Origin: Trichoplax adhaerens
Taxonomy: Eukaryota; Animalia; Placozoa
Assembly (NCBI RefSeq): GCF_000150275.1
Contig: NW_002060949.1
Coordinates: forward strand, 4,222,449-4,286,448
Length of the DNA: 64,000 bases
Direction: 5' to 3'
Of this stretch, positions 1 through 14,800 are shown piece after piece; position 1 is the first letter of the stretch; each line of letters starts with the position of its first letter. The position numbers and the translations under genes are program-made. The notes below the pieces were generated by a model. That model was not told where the DNA came from. It did no database searches and was given only the letters and a program-made list of their open reading frames with translations.

Positions 1-531
1 GTAGTTCCGCCTTGTTTTACGACTAAAATTACTAAAAATTGCACTCGAACAAATTTAATACTGTATTGAGCATTAAGTAGTTGAATATGGCCAAATTCGA
101 GATTTGCGCCATAGTCCATAGGTGCATGGTTCTTAGGATACAGTCAAACGCGTTTTGCGTTTCAATTTATTTTGCATAGCTTAGCTCTCATTGCTATAAT
201 TTGGCGATGGGTGCATTGAGAAATAGAAAGATTTTCGCAACGCACGCTGTTTACATTTATTCACTCTTGGCACGCTTTCGCGATAAAATCCGTGTACTAT
301 AAACTACGTTGTTGTCACTATACTCTATCAAATAGTATTTAGTATTTAAACGTGCAACTTGACTGAAAAGGAAAAGTTTCATTTTAGGCTGAGAATGACT
401 TCAGTTTAGTCGAATATATGATTACAATTAAATTGAATGATAAACAAAAATATCGATCGACATTTACGCTAACACGATATAATTCTTCGATCGAAAAGAT
501 GCAGCTACATACGTACATAAATCTAAATGTA

Positions 532-558
532 TATATCGTGTATATCGTGTATATCGTG
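532..558. repeat. Short tandem repeat (TATATCGTG)x3 in PPM1G intron
   Basis: Three exact 9-mers read directly from the sequence. Confidence 0.85.
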
Positions 559-717
559 TATGCCCAAGCTGCGATAATTAATGTGCTAATGATCATTACA
601 TTTATTTCATCGACTAATTATTCCATGTCCTTGAGCTACAGTAATACTTATCCTTATACTGGTATTTCAGGTATTATATAAAAAATGTCTCAATGTATTC
701 TTCTAATTATATTTTAG

Positions 718-3700
718 GATGCTCATAATTGCTCTCCTGACTTTGATGATAATACGTCATATTTCGCCGTTTATGATGGACACGGAGGTACAGTACACTA
801 AATTTAAGCTTATTAAAACTATACAGCAGTTTTGTAATTACAGTAATACTGCTTATACTTTTGTTAATGCTGATTCAACATGGTACCATAGCAACAATAG
901 TTGCTAATCATTAGTTTCCATTTGTGAATAATAATTTATAATCTCCGTTTAACAGTTTTACAACAAATATATTTAATACTACTGATAATAGGCGCCGAGG
1001 TGGCTTTATATTGTGCGGAATACTTACCGACCATCCTTAAAAATTTACCGACATATAAGGAAGGCAATATCAGCTCTGCACTATCGGATGCTTTCTTGAA
1101 AATTGATGACATTGTTATATCACCAGATACCAAGATAGAATTGGAACGTTTAGCAGCCTCAACGCAGACTGACAATCAAGGAAGTAATGAAGAAGTTGAA
1201 CCTAACGACGACGACGAAGTAGATGATGTTGAAGCCTTGAATGAAGATGCTGCAACTCCTTTGCAAGATATACTAAAGAAATATGAAAACAACGGTATAC
1301 ACTTAATCAGTTGTTTCAATCGTAGCATGCGTATACTTAAACAACTACCTGTATCAATAAGAATGTACTATATGGATACAGTGATCGTAGTTGTTATGCT
1401 AAAGTTACTGTGGAATTTAGTAGGAGATTAAACAATACTGTGATATACGCGCACAATCAATTTTTATACATTTCTTATCGTGCTGCTCTTCGCTATGATT
1501 GATAAGCTCACAATTTAAATGAATGATTTAAATTAGTATCTACCGGTCTTTCTTGTTGATAGTAATAACGTATTGTAAATTACTTGAAAAAGACTTTTCA
1601 CTTCATTTCTAGGATACAAGCTTGATGGTGCAGCAAAAAAAATTGTTATGCATTTACATCGCAACTTGCATCTACAAGGTGAGAAAAGCGATGGAAATGG
1701 ACTTGCGGATACTACTGGTGATGACGCTATTGCGAACGACCAAGAGTGCGATAGCGATGATGATAATGATGAGGATGATGAGGACGATGAGGATACTAGT
1801 TCTGAGAGTTCCGAGGATACCGATGAATGTGCTGGTGAATTCAGTGACGTAAATGATACATTCGAATATAAAGGTACAGTATATTTCATTGCTGGTTATC
1901 GAATATAGTCTTTATCATGTTAGGCTCATTTAGACGTCTGCATGTAGCTATGAATTATTGTGTCATTCGTCAATCAATTATCTCCCCTTGTGCAGTATTC
2001 ACTCCGCTTAATTACAGGATAATGTTGTTTCGATTGCCATTCCTTTTCTTAACAGAAAAATATCGATTATCTGCTGATAATAAGTAATCAACATTTACAT
2101 TCAATTAATTTAGAGGATGTTGCTGTTAGTAGTGGGACAACAGCAGTTGTTGCTGTCATTCACAAGGATGAACTGATTGTTGCGAATGCTGGTGATTCCC
2201 GTTGCATATTATGCCGCAATGGTGTTGCTCTACCAATGTCACTTGATCATAAACCTACTGATTCGCCGGAAAAGGAACGAATTTTAGGAGCTGGAGGCAA
2301 AATCATTGACGGAAGAATTAATCAAGGGTTGAATTTATCACGTGCAATAGGTAGAATTGTGCCTATTTTTTTATTTAATATCTATTACAAATGTAGTCTT
2401 TAAAAGATTTTTTAAATTGATTTTATCCTAGATTTTCGCATGATTTATATTTACCAAATTAATGTCATATGCTCCAGTGTTGCTTTACCGGTACTGTACT
2501 CATTCAGAACTCTATTACCTTTATAGGCGATCATATGTACAAAGGTAATCCGGAAAAATCGTCAATAGAGCAGATGGTTATTGCTAAGCCAGACATCGTA
2601 TCGTTAAAGCTAGAGCCGTATGTACTACATTATAAACCTATAAATGTCTACAGTAATTTCGTATTTACCTACATTTACAATTTCTGTAATTATGTTACAA
2701 CGTTAGCAATACAGATATCACACCATAATATATTAACACTTTCGCAATATTCTTGCAGCTACTGTCATTTCATACGTGACAACAGAAGTTTAGCATTATT
2801 CAACATTAATAATTCTACATAAACAATATACATTACCTATAGCAGCTAGATAAATCTAATATTATGAATGTTTTTGAATTTAACATCAATACGGTGAAAC
2901 TATCTGAATTTGCAGGTCCGATGAATTTGTTGTCCTTGCTTGCGACGGAATTTGGTAAATAATGATAGTCGAATGTTGTTGTTTATTTTAGAAATTAATT
3001 GTGTTATCCCATACTATCTGTGATTTTCTTCCAAGTCTTAACCTTACCATATCATTATCCTACGATGCACTGTGCAATCCATTTTTATAAAGACAATGTA
3101 TGCAGGCTAATACAATTATTAATTTTTGTTTATTGTTACCGTTAATTACCGAACCTATGTTAGGGACTGCATGTCGAACCAAGAAGTTGTAGATTTTATC
3201 AGGGTTCGTCTACCACTACGAAAATCTGGAAAACAGCAATCGAAAATGGTTCCTGAGAAGATTTTTATCGAGGAGGTAAGCATTGTAATTTTGTACCTAT
3301 CGTCAAGTATCCTATCTAGATTCTTTTTCTGTTTTGTAATTAATTGGTATCACGTACCGTATAAATAATACAGTACTAATCTAACTTCAGATCAATTTGT
3401 AATTTAACGGAGTTTACTATAATCTTACAACATCGTTCATAAATAATGATGTAGTTTTATTAAAAATAATCCATTTACAGTACTGTCTATTGCTCTGTAA
3501 ATACAACTGATAGTTCACCTAACAAGTGCGATAAAGGTTTTTTACCTTCTTTCCAGTTATTAGATAATTGCTTGGCGGGTGAATGTATTGGTGATGGAAC
3601 TGGTTGTGATAATATGACCTGTATCGTTGTTGCTTTAGACAACGTGTTAGAAAACCAGCAAAGAAAGCGAAAGCTATCCGATGTCAAAGAAGCGACTTCG

Positions 3701-3739
3701 AGCTTATCGAACCAACAATCGTGCGATAAAAATGAATGA
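718..3739 (+). CDS. PPM1G: Protein phosphatase 1G (PP2C-gamma), 5'-partial, 8 exons visible
   Basis: Exons 718-787 ([24 protein letters not shown]), 992-1294 ([11 protein letters not shown]), 1613-1873 (acidic insert typical of PPM1G), 2114-2350 ([33 protein letters not shown]), ~2528-2597 (DHMYK), ~2916-2954 ([10 protein letters not shown]), ~3164-3275 and ~3557-3739 ([10 protein letters not shown], stop TGA). The N-terminal MGAYLS../MQGWR exon was not found, so it is presumably upstream of the window. Confidence 0.93.
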
Positions 3740-4499
3740 TTGCAATCAATTAGATAGTTGATTAATCCTTATTAGATACTGTTCTAGTTTTATTTCCTTT
3801 ATTGTTTACGTTTTGTTAAATTATCCATCAATCACCAGTTCTATAGCATCATTGTCATATCTGAGACTATCATTTTTATTGCGCGAAAATCTAAATTAGT
3901 TATGCAAATTTTGCGTGTTATGTACAAAATCTAATCTTGTCGGCTTTTTTATTCTTTCGACATTTATGTGAACTAGACTGCACAACTACTAACACGTAGT
4001 ATTGCGGTAATTTCTGTACGCGTATATCGTAGATTGACGCTCAAAGTTTGTTGCTTGCTACTTTAAGTCTTTTTGGATGTAATGTAATTGGCTTAACCGC
4101 ACTGTAAATCTTTTTACGTCAAGGTAATGCTGTTCTTATCAAAAACCTATTCTTGTATAACAATCTATGCATGATGTACTGTACATTCCTTAACTTAATT
4201 TCCATCCTCTTGAATTACGATCTTATTTGCGCTATAAATAAAGTCATTCTAGTGAATAAATTTTATTTCCGATATCGTTCGCTGTGATGAGTAATTTGAC
4301 ATATACGAGTAAGTAATGTCCTACTCATTCTATTGACTTGGAGAATCTCTGAAATATGGAGATCCACGCATTTGACTACTTGCTATAATTGTAATAGTAG
4401 TGTCATAGTAAAAACTACAACCACGTACAGAATATACAGTATATATTATATATTTATAATCTTAAATTCCGGGAGTCTGATATCGTGTCAATATAGTAT

Positions 4500-5310
4500 G
4501 CGGATATGCACTTAACTGCGCAGTACAAATAGTACTGTATGGTTCTATACACTTAATGTCAATAGTACAAAACAGCATCCGGTGTTTTTTTAAGGGGCTG
4601 TCAATGGCTTTATGTGTACCATAATTAGAATTGAACATAACGATCTTTATGATGGGTCGCGTGTTATTATGTGGACAGTACTGTACATTAGTCGAGACTA
4701 CAGTAGACAGAAGACACCCTATTTAACTGTTATTAACCGGAGTTTTCACTTCTATCTGATACCCGGATACTGCACGATAGAGGCCCTTAAGAGGCTTTCT
4801 ACTGTACTGTACGACAGGCTTCTGCTGCTACGCGACGTCATGTCAAGATATTTACCACTGAGTTACGGTGAAGGATAAAAAAGTTAAAAGTCTGCAGGAT
4901 CTTTTTTGTGTACAGTCTACAGTAGCTGGCACGATTACGACTAGTTATGACTATAAAACAAGCTATGCAGAGTGAGTGCAGGCCAAGATCTCCAGTACAG
5001 TCCTCATTACTGTATGAGTGTATGGTCAGTTAAAATAGTTCATTAATTTCAAATAGTGAAAATCGAACGTTCAGTGCAGTACTGTACCGTGTACAGTACA
5101 GTACATGTACATTTAGTTTGCTACGAACTATACATTACAATACAATGTATTGTGCTATACTGCATGGTTTGTACTGTATTGTACAGTACAGTGACTGTAC
5201 AGAAGCGCAGTTACGGTAAAAAGCGTTAACTCGAAAATCGTATCCTGCTTCCATGCAGTGCTCGCGTGCATCTGCTATCACTCCCTACGGTCTCTACTGT
5301 ACAGTATAAA
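4500..5310. repeat. GTAC/TACAGTA/TACTG-rich array upstream of the calcium-sensor gene
   Basis: Dense CAGTACTGTAC-type units, e.g. 5077-5200. Confidence 0.7.
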
Positions 5311-5494
5311 GAACATTTTTAAACAAGAAAACATTTCAACAGCGAAGAACCTACTGGATTCGCTCGCAGTTGGACGTGTATTGTTGACGTGACACTCATA
5401 CACGATCGTTCACCATTTCAATTTCAATTTCTTTGCCTATATATTCCTATAGTCGTGCTCACCGAGTTGACATTTTGGTATACATATTATAAAG

Positions 5495-8277
5495 GTATGT
5501 AAAGTTATTTGTTGTGCAATGATAGCATCACTCGCAAATGGAAATGTATCAATTTAAAAGTTTTCTTTGTCTAACCCCAAAATATTCACGAAAGGCGGGC
5601 TCGTAATATAAGAAGAGACATACGACTACACATCATTGTACAGTGTACACTAGAGGTTATATCTGCGCTGATAATTACTGTGATATCGAAGCACGTATTT
5701 TACAGTTTAAATGCATTATCTGTTTGTTACTGTATCTTAAGCCAAGAATCCATTTTGAAGATTCTGTCGATTAATTTAATCAATTCGTTCTTATTATACA
5801 TTGAATGCCTAATTTAATCATACCGTAAAATAGATAGAATACATTCTATGAAATTTCGCACTTATTTCTCGGACTCATCCCTTCCTTCCGCTATGAGTAT
5901 CTTTTACTATACTGTACTGTACAGTGTACAATATACAGTACCTAGGCTGAGCATTAGTACAGTACACTACTATTCTATTTACTTACATCAAATGTAAATC
6001 GATCTATAAGACTTTTAGTGAACGACTAAAATACTCTGATATGTAATAATATTGTGAGTAATTTCCCGTTATAATGACTAATAATACTAAACACGTTACC
6101 AGCAAAATCGATTAAAATAGGGATAAGGAAAGCGGGCTGAGTAAAAGTCTTCAAAAAATAATATAAAAACGAATACTTTTAATTTCTAGATATACAATAT
6201 TATGTTCGTATCTAGCACAGCATAATGAGCTGTAACAGTGAAAGTCTTTTGAAGATGTGAAATGAAAACGTAAAAAGTATACGAAAAAACTCTCTTACTG
6301 TACGTGCAGAGAAATACAGTATTTTACCGCGGACTTCTACTTTGTGCTATATCATTAAGTAATCTTTTAATAGACATTCAAAAGCCACTGCAATGACGAT
6401 CAAGGTATTATCGGCACTCTAGAAATTTCTACTAAAAGAGTATACGATGTTTGGTCTACATAGATGCTGATTTTTAACAATCGCCCTAGCCTTAAAGAGT
6501 TTGAATTATTTCAGTGTGCAAAGTTTATTAGTACATTTCATTATACTTATAGGAATACAGCGGCAGTGTATGTGTGGCGTAATCATCAAATATTGCTCGT
6601 AAATATTAATCGTTGTAGCATCAGCACATTTGAAAAATCTCTCGTGCTGTAGGAAGGGTTATGATAATTACTAATTACAGTATTATAAAATTATACTATA
6701 AAATAAAGTATCCCTCTAGTGATATTTTGGGTAAATGTACTATTACTGTAGTACCGTATTGTGTAAGCAAAGAAGTGTCATGAGCGAAAATTAGAGTTTG
6801 TATAAACATCAATCTCTACAAGTTCTAATTATTGTAAATCTAGATTCTAATCTACCTCTATAAACGTATCAGCGTGGGACCGTTATATAAATTTATTGTA
6901 CTGTACACTGAGTGTACAGTACAGTGCAGTACAATATAGTATGGTCTGGTATGACTTTTGGTACAGTACTGTACTGTACTGTACATTGTGTTTATGGCAC
7001 AGACTACAGACATTAACGCAGTGCTGTGTGGCACGGTACCGACTGACGGACCCGCCTTTACCTTCACCATGACACTGCTAATAGACATACATGTACAGTA
7101 TACAGTATATGCTATATACTGTACTATACAGTCTACAGTTTATTAAGAATATTAAGAATAATGGCTAGCGTCAGTAGCGTGCGAACTAGGAACACGAGTG
7201 CTAACACTCATCCTTTCTCTACAGTACTGTATTTTGCCATACCGTACAGTACGGTACTGTACTGTACTGTACGCCCGAGTCCTCTGACCATGACATTACT
7301 GTGTACTGTAGTGCACTGTACAGTGTATAGTGTACAGTTACAGAGTTGAAAAAGACTTTTCATTACAGTACACTGTACTGTATGCAGTAAGCGCCAAGAT
7401 TCACGTCGACAGACGACAGTACTGTACTGTAGTTCAATGAAGATCTTGAACGATTGGATAGAAATTAGAAATTAGTTCAGTAAACAGCGGTCTTCATGGC
7501 TAATTAATCTCTACAACTCTACAGGTTCTACAGTACACAATTTACACGTTCATGCACTACGTACTAGATAGTGTTATAAGTGCAGTATAACTTTAAAATT
7601 GCCTTAGCTAACCCAATAACATCACTTTATTCCATTTCCAATCTACCCTTTTGATCACAATCTTAAATACAGTGCTGCACATTAATAATTAATTAATTAA
7701 TTAATAAGAGTCGATGAAATCAGTTTCTAGAAACTAATCCACCTTTTTTAGGGGCTATGTTGCTGATATTCCCAACAGAGATATCTCAAAATAGTTAGCA
7801 TCGGCTCTTGAATTTTTATAACACCTTATCAGAAAATAAACGACGCTTGCTCAAACTGGCACTTACTAAAATAACATACAGTACAGAGTGTAATCTTCAC
7901 ACTCTGCGATGTACTGTACTGTACTGTACTGTACGTGTACAGTATAGCCTCATTTGCCTCTATCGGCTGTAGAGTACAGTATGTACACATGGTACAGTTA
8001 GTGGTTCCGACTTAAACTGTGTCAAGCTTTTCGATAACTAGTGTGACTCACTATTCGTCATAAAGCTACAGTATAATTGTATAGGACCAGCCTGGAACAA
8101 TAACATTGTTATTACTAGTTTGCCACTGAAGTACAATACAAATTATACTTGGTGCATCGTCTTCCAGTCTAAACTCAACTTTAGGGCAGTCTTAGATACC
8201 ATTAAATCCGATTGCAAGCATACACTAATTCTTCTGCTAATAATAAATAATCTATTATATTCATTGATTGGATATAG
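5495..8277 (+). other. Probable 5'UTR intron of the neurocalcin-like gene
   Basis: Donor AAAG|GTATGT at 5494/5495 follows a promoter-like GTAC array. Acceptor ..GATATAG at 8277 lies 51 nt before the ATG. No coding exons recognised in between. Confidence 0.45.
6880..7440. repeat. GTAC/TACTG-rich array (intronic; a further patch at ~7870-8000)
   Basis: Runs of GTACT/ACTGT/CAGTA units. These account for the spurious C/T/V/Y-rich ORFs in the track. Confidence 0.75.
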
Positions 8278-8328
8278 ATAAAGGCTTCCTTATCGCGTGC
8301 TTAAAGGAATAAATTAGTGTAATCGGAC

Positions 8329-8913
8329 ATGGGAAAGCAAAATAGTAAATTGAAGCCGGAAATTTTGGAAGATTTACGTCAACATACTGAATTTACCGAA
8401 CATGAACTACAAGAATGGTATAAAGGATTTCTAAAGGACTGTCCAAGTGGCACTTTGACAGTAGAAGAATTTAAAAAGATCTATGGCAACTTTTTCCCAT
8501 ATGGTGATGCATCCAAGTTTGCCGAACACGTCTTCCGTACTTTCGATACTAATAGTGATAATAGTATAGACTTTCGCGAATTTATCATCGCTCTGTCGGT
8601 GACTTCGCGTGGTAAATTAGAAGAGAAATTAAAATGGGCGTTTAGCATGTATGACCTAGATGGCAATGGCTACATCTCTCGACAAGAGATGTTGGAAATT
8701 GTCCGAGCAATTTATAAAATGGTTGGTAACGTTATGAAAATGCCTGAGGACGAGAGTACACCAGAAAAACGTACAGATAAAATTTTTAGGCAAATGGATA
8801 AAAATTCTGATGGTAAGCTATCTCTTGCTGAATTTATAGAGGGCGCCAAAAGCGATCCGTCTATCGTTCGATTATTACAATGCGACCCTAGTGGCGTCGG
8901 ACAAGTTATGTAA
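8329..8913 (+). CDS. Neuronal calcium sensor, neurocalcin-delta/hippocalcin-like (single coding exon, 194 aa)
   Basis: MGKQNSKL myristoylation start, [18 protein letters not shown]-hand loops [24 protein letters not shown] and [12 protein letters not shown], and the end [15 protein letters not shown]. All are hallmark VILIP/neurocalcin sequences. Confidence 0.96.
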   Translation: MGKQNSKLKPEILEDLRQHTEFTEHELQEWYKGFLKDCPSGTLTVEEFKKIYGNFFPYGDASKFAEHVFRTFDTNSDNSIDFREFIIALSVTSRGKLEEKLKWAFSMYDLDGNGYISRQEMLEIVRAIYKMVGNVMKMPEDESTPEKRTDKIFRQMDKNSDGKLSLAEFIEGAKSDPSIVRLLQCDPSGVGQVM

Positions 8914-11807
8914 TTGGCTAGCCCCTATGTCAACTACGGTATACGTGTATAATTTTATTCACTGTAGTATTCGCTGTAGATTTACGTAAAAAAACAATGA
9001 GCCATGCACTTGCGATAAAATAAAGTCATTTTTTTAAACAGTTTATCCGAGATCCTCGTAGTTACGAATTATAGCTAGTAGATAAGTAAGGTTATTGCCT
9101 CGAGCAACTTCAAATCCTGTGTTAAAAGAGTACATTGTAATATGGTGTTACTATACGTAATGTTGCTTTGTAAAGCTCATTTTAAAATGATAAAAAAATC
9201 ACAGATAAATTTAGATAACTTTCACTGCCAATATAAAGTACATTATAGTACCGACAAACTAAATAATGATAACTACAGTATAATTAAAGAGTTGCAATAT
9301 TTTACGATCATTTTCTGACCTTTCATTAATAAATTCTTGTTATATTCGCATTACTTATTACGTAAACCATTAAAGTATTTTGAAGTCATCAATCTAATTC
9401 TATAGTTAGCGCTGTACTACTAGTCAATTCGAAACAAGTAATCTTTTTAGCTTCACATAATGTCTTTTGCTATTGCGAATGTAACCGATAATCATATTAA
9501 TATTCTTAAATTACACTATTAATTTCATATACGAATTGATCAAGATACGCGTGATAATTGTTAGTGCTAAAAAAATTTTTAATTTGATCACTTTTTAGCC
9601 TGTAATTAATTAGAAAGCATTATATAACTTGGTGCGATCCATGTCGATAAAAACGATTGGAATGTAATCTGTCCGAATTTAACTCTCATATTACAGTAGA
9701 ATCTGCAGGAATAGTTTTGATAGCACTTCGGCGTTTTGGCTGATTTAGTTGAAATTAAGCTTAATGTAAATGCATCCTAAAGTTGCTACTAAATTAATTA
9801 TTATATTCTGTAATTTGTATAAGGCATATTTAGGTCGTATGCATTTGTATGAGAAACAATACAGTAGGTAACGTTTTATACCATTACGTCAATATATCAA
9901 GTACGGTGCAAAATTTTGTCGTAAATGCCTAAAACAATATGATCGTTGGAATGAAAATTTAATACTACAGGTGGTGATGCTTGTTTTTTGCTTTTACTAG
10001 GCGAATTATATTGTTAGGTATAGCGGATAATTGTTTATGTTCTTGAAAAATGATTATAGAAAAAACATAACTCATGTCCTCGTAATACAGTATAGCAAAC
10101 CAAACTCTCTTTATGCATGGTATGTCTACCGTAAGCACCAACATAATTTCCGCTCAGCTTTGCATGTAGTTACTTTTAGAAAAGTAAGTTCCTTCTACAT
10201 CGATTGATATAAAAGTTCTATGTTTTATTAACAGAAAGTATCCTTTATCTTTATTTTGTTGTTCTACATAAATTGTATCCTGATATGCACACTTACGCAG
10301 ACTTAGAATTTTCAGATCATATTCTCTCACTTTGTAGTATCGTAGTCTATAATAAATGTGGCCACTATATTTGCCGTTAGTTTAGCACCTAAATTATTAG
10401 GTCTTGCCGCACGGATCCAACGCAATTGTATCGTCAGGAGCTATGTCTGGGTAATATATATATACTCTTACTTGAGATAGAATTATCCATATCGAATAAA
10501 GTTTTTTGATGCCTTACATCGTAAAACAGGATCCATTTATATTTGATACGCAATGTTAAAACAAAAATATTCCCCAGTGATGTGTTACTATAGATTACAT
10601 AGTATACTTGTACAATGTAAATGTAGTCTTTCGAAAAAGAATAGTTGCATGTACAACTAATTGGTTCAGTTTCATATCTATTACTATATTGTGTATCAAG
10701 AATATTCTAAAATTGATACAGCACCTCCGCCGATAGTGTAGTTCCAACAAATCGAGAAGGATCGCTCCTCTAATCAGTAAAAGGAGGATTACGTTCAACT
10801 GATAAAATAACTTGATCCATAATTACTTTAGAGGTCATAACATAAGTAAAAGCTTGCGCTATGTTTTAATCATAACTGAATCGAAGGTTAAATGAGATAG
10901 CAATATTGATTAAAGTAACTCTGATGTTAATTACTATAATGAAGGTGTACCAACTCCATGATTAAGCTACTGCAGATTCGTATTCAAAATGTATACGTAC
11001 GAGTAATTCTCAGTAAATAGAAATAAAAATCACTTATCCACTTTCATATACAGGATTTACTTAATACAGTTGCAAAGACAATAGCAAAGTCGTAGAGCTT
11101 CTTGATTTGTACATATGAACTATCCAATTCAATGCGATAAATTAATGCAAATGTATGTCTGCTAAGTATTCTATTAACAAAGGTGGGCAAATAATGCGTT
11201 TACACATAGAGCGAAAGCTGCATAATCACAAATGCATTAATGCTATCTGAATCAGCTATTTTCTCTTACTATAGAACTGCAGATAGCATTGTTTATAGCG
11301 TTATTAAATTTAGCATATTGAAGACACTCCTACGCCTACTGTACGAGGAAGCAATGCAACATTCATTTATCAATAGAAGTTCGTGTTTAATTATAATATA
11401 GCTCATTATAATGACATTTCATAACACATTACTATGTAATTTTATATCATTCAATCATGAATTACATTGCTGCTTTCTAATCATTAACAGTATCATCCAA
11501 AAATTAGGCTACCATCACCAATACATTACACTGATCTTTTCAAAATATACATTTTAATAATTGAAATACAATTGTCTATCGATCCAATGCTGATTATGAT
11601 CATGTTACATAACTATCATAAATAAGCGAATATAATACAATTGTTGTCATCGACATCCAGTATTATGACTGCCACTTGTTATTCTAACCGCTAGTATAAA
11701 CAGTACTTAATATTAACAATTACCGTGTTGCTAAAGGAACTGTATATAAGATAGTAATATGAAAATTCGAAAGAAATTTACATAATACTGTAATTAAAAA
11801 GCAATGA

Positions 11808-14800
11808 TTACCGCTTCTTGCGAGGTTTTGCTTCTTCTGCAACATAACGCAGGTATATTTTCGAGCCTTTTTGAGAATTAGCAAACTCATGACCCTATAA
11901 GTAGTTATACAATCGTTAAAAAATGAATTTTAAAGCTACTATGTAATAACGTAAAGTACGAATCACTCTATGAAATGTAGAATAATTAAATCGTGTAATC
12001 ATTTAAATCATTTTCACATAAAAGTTATTTATATCACTAGCACGTTACTCATTGTCATTGACTACCTATATATAAGTAAGGTCTAAATTACAGCTAAACA
12101 CTCTAGCAGTACTGAAACTGTAGAAACGTTTGCAATATATTACCCGGGACCAGTCGTAACCAGTAGCGTATGCAAATAAATTTCCTTGCGGATCAAAAGT
12201 ACAAGTCGTTACAGGTTGATCCATCTGCTCAGAACCCTAATACGGTATTCAGCATGACTGATTAAGTTTGGTTAAAATATCATACAGTATACCCAAAATA
12301 CAACGAAATAATGGCTTTGAGTATTTGCAAAATACCTTAAGTTTCGTTCTAGATAAAGTATCCCATAAACTGAATCTACCATCAGAACCACACGTAGCAA
12401 TTGTGCCGTGAATCGGATGCCGTGCAATAGCGTTAACCTAGTTGATTGAAAATGTTACTGCCATTGTATCTTTGTAATAATGAAACAAATTTTGATACAT
12501 CTAAATCGGATTATACCAGTTAAAACTGATCTAGTAACAAGTGTGAATAAATTGAGAATACACATAATGTACAAATAATAGTGTTATAGATGTTTTTTAC
12601 AACACACATTAGTTTAAGTAACCAACTATGACAAATTACCGGATATATATCAAGACCTCCACTAGCTTTATTATCCCGATGGCATTTAAACGTGAAGTTG
12701 TCTTTCCTAAATTAAAAAAATTATCAATATTTATAAATCACCAAAATTAATACATTACAGAATGTTACATTGACTTTATAGTAATACTGACGAATCCTTT
12801 TCATACAAAAATTAGAAAAATATGATTATACTCTGCGGCTTAAATAAGTACTTACGAATTACTAGCTTGAATATACTGTACTGCCACACGACCTTCTATC
12901 GAACCCACACAGAACCCAGTCGGAGCTTCCTTTTTATCCTTAAATATACTGATACATCGACTCTATTATCAAATAGAATAAAGCGATCATCTTTACCGAC
13001 TACAATATATGTAAGTACACTGTAGATATCGTTTAGCGAGTAAGTAATTAAAACTTATGTTAGACGTGAAAGCCTGATACTTATTTGTATCAGAGTATCA
13101 ATTACTTGCCTGATATTTCAAAGGCGATTCCATTTTCTATGGATACAAGAATGAATAAAACTCAAGTTGCTATCAATATTATTGCAATGCATAAGACATA
13201 ATCCAGATATTTTGTGAGAATGCTAACTATCTCGTTATTACTATGCCCTTCTTTAACTTTTGAGAAAATTTGATCAATAATGATCATCATTTGTATACCT
13301 TATATTCCGTTGGCGTTCCTTCGAGATTGTAGCAGATGAGAGTCCTCTCAGCAGTTCCAACCATTGCCATCGGGTACAGCTAGGAAAAATAAAGAATAGC
13401 ATTACTGTAAGAGATTTCTAATTTCAATATTGACGTACTGCTACTGCAACAGATCCAGTTATAATTAATACAGCAACGCCATACACTTGTATTAGCAAAA
13501 TTACTTTATTATGTTTGCTTACCACGTCGGCACAGTAGCAACGTTCCGACAATTGTATAACCAACATGGGTTGAGGACTTCGTGTATCCCAAAACTAGAA
13601 CAAAACGTAATACAATCATGGATACAAAATCCTACAAATCAAAGCGATACGAATCGTCTGCAGTGTATTAGAATTTTAACATCATTATGAGAAACCATTA
13701 CTAATATTGTCCTGTAGGACTAGTCATTTTAGGCAAAGTAAATTTTAAAAAGTATCCCTAGTATACAAGTAGAGTTCGCACAACTAAAATTCGTACCTTT
13801 AATGTTTTATCCCAGCTACCAGTTAGAACACAAGAATACTTGGGAGTATTGATCCAGTTAACGGTCTTAATAGGAGCATCATGCTTATTATAATCAGACA
13901 GATTACTAATTAATTGCTGGATACAAATTATTTTTTAAGATCAACAAATAGAATTGACTCATCCTATATATACATATTTTAAATAGTAGTTGTGCAGCAT
14001 TGGGAGATATTTCTTAAGGAACAATTGTTGTCAAAATCGTAAGGATTACAATCAATAAATTTTACAAATTATTGGATAGTGTAGAGAATTCCTAGATTTA
14101 TACCTGGCCTACAGTGACAAATTGATTACTTTGCAGGTCCCACATCTTGCAAGTTTTATCACAAGAGCCGGTATAGATTTTTGTGCCATCCTATCATAGA
14201 AGAGTTGTCATTTCAGTAAGGGACATTGAATAAGGATCCATCCTACATAGTAAGATCCTATGTCGTGTGCAATTTAGTGTCCAATTTCAACTTTGATCGA
14301 CTACGGTCATCTTTGACAAATGCATTGTCAAGCAGTACTGGATACCATTGATCAATTCACTGCCATTAATATTGTTTCTACTGAAACACTATGACGATCA
14401 ATATTGTCTGCAACAATTACAAACCAATTCAAGTTAATGACTATCACCATCCTTACATGCTGCCAACTTGAATCCAAGACAGGGCCAGAATGAGACTGTT
14501 GAGCTTTTGGTTGTGAGGTGCCATCACCATTAATTTGCCAACAACTAACCTAAAAGATGGAAACCCATCGTTGTCATCTTATTCAACTTATGTCATAAAA
14601 TATGGCTGAGATAGTGTCATTATTAAGCTAGTAGACAGTAATAAATCAGATGATCATTCATCAGATATTCTACTAACATTATTATCCCACGAGGTTGCAA
14701 CTAAAAAGATGGCATTGTTGGATGGTGGGCTGAAAGCTAGCGAACTGACAGAATCACTTGGTGGTGAAACCACTTCAACGTCCTTATTTGGATTATTGGA

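Noticed and set aside
207-302. ATG GGT GCA.. (MGAL) as the PPM1G start
   Set aside because: The frame does not continue as MGAYLSxP..MQGWR and soon stops; the true first exon is probably upstream of the window.
1533-1889. Antisense or alternate-frame ORFs over real exons (also 8481-8666, 18078-18532, 28170-28385, 36183-36395, 59504-59746, 62689-63158)
   Set aside because: Shadow frames of recognised coding sequence.
6858-7349. Short ORFs rich in C/T/V/Y/L (also 14913-15502, 38021-38348, 50100-50359, 56157-56432)
   Set aside because: Translation artefacts of the GTAC arrays, whose units lack stop codons.
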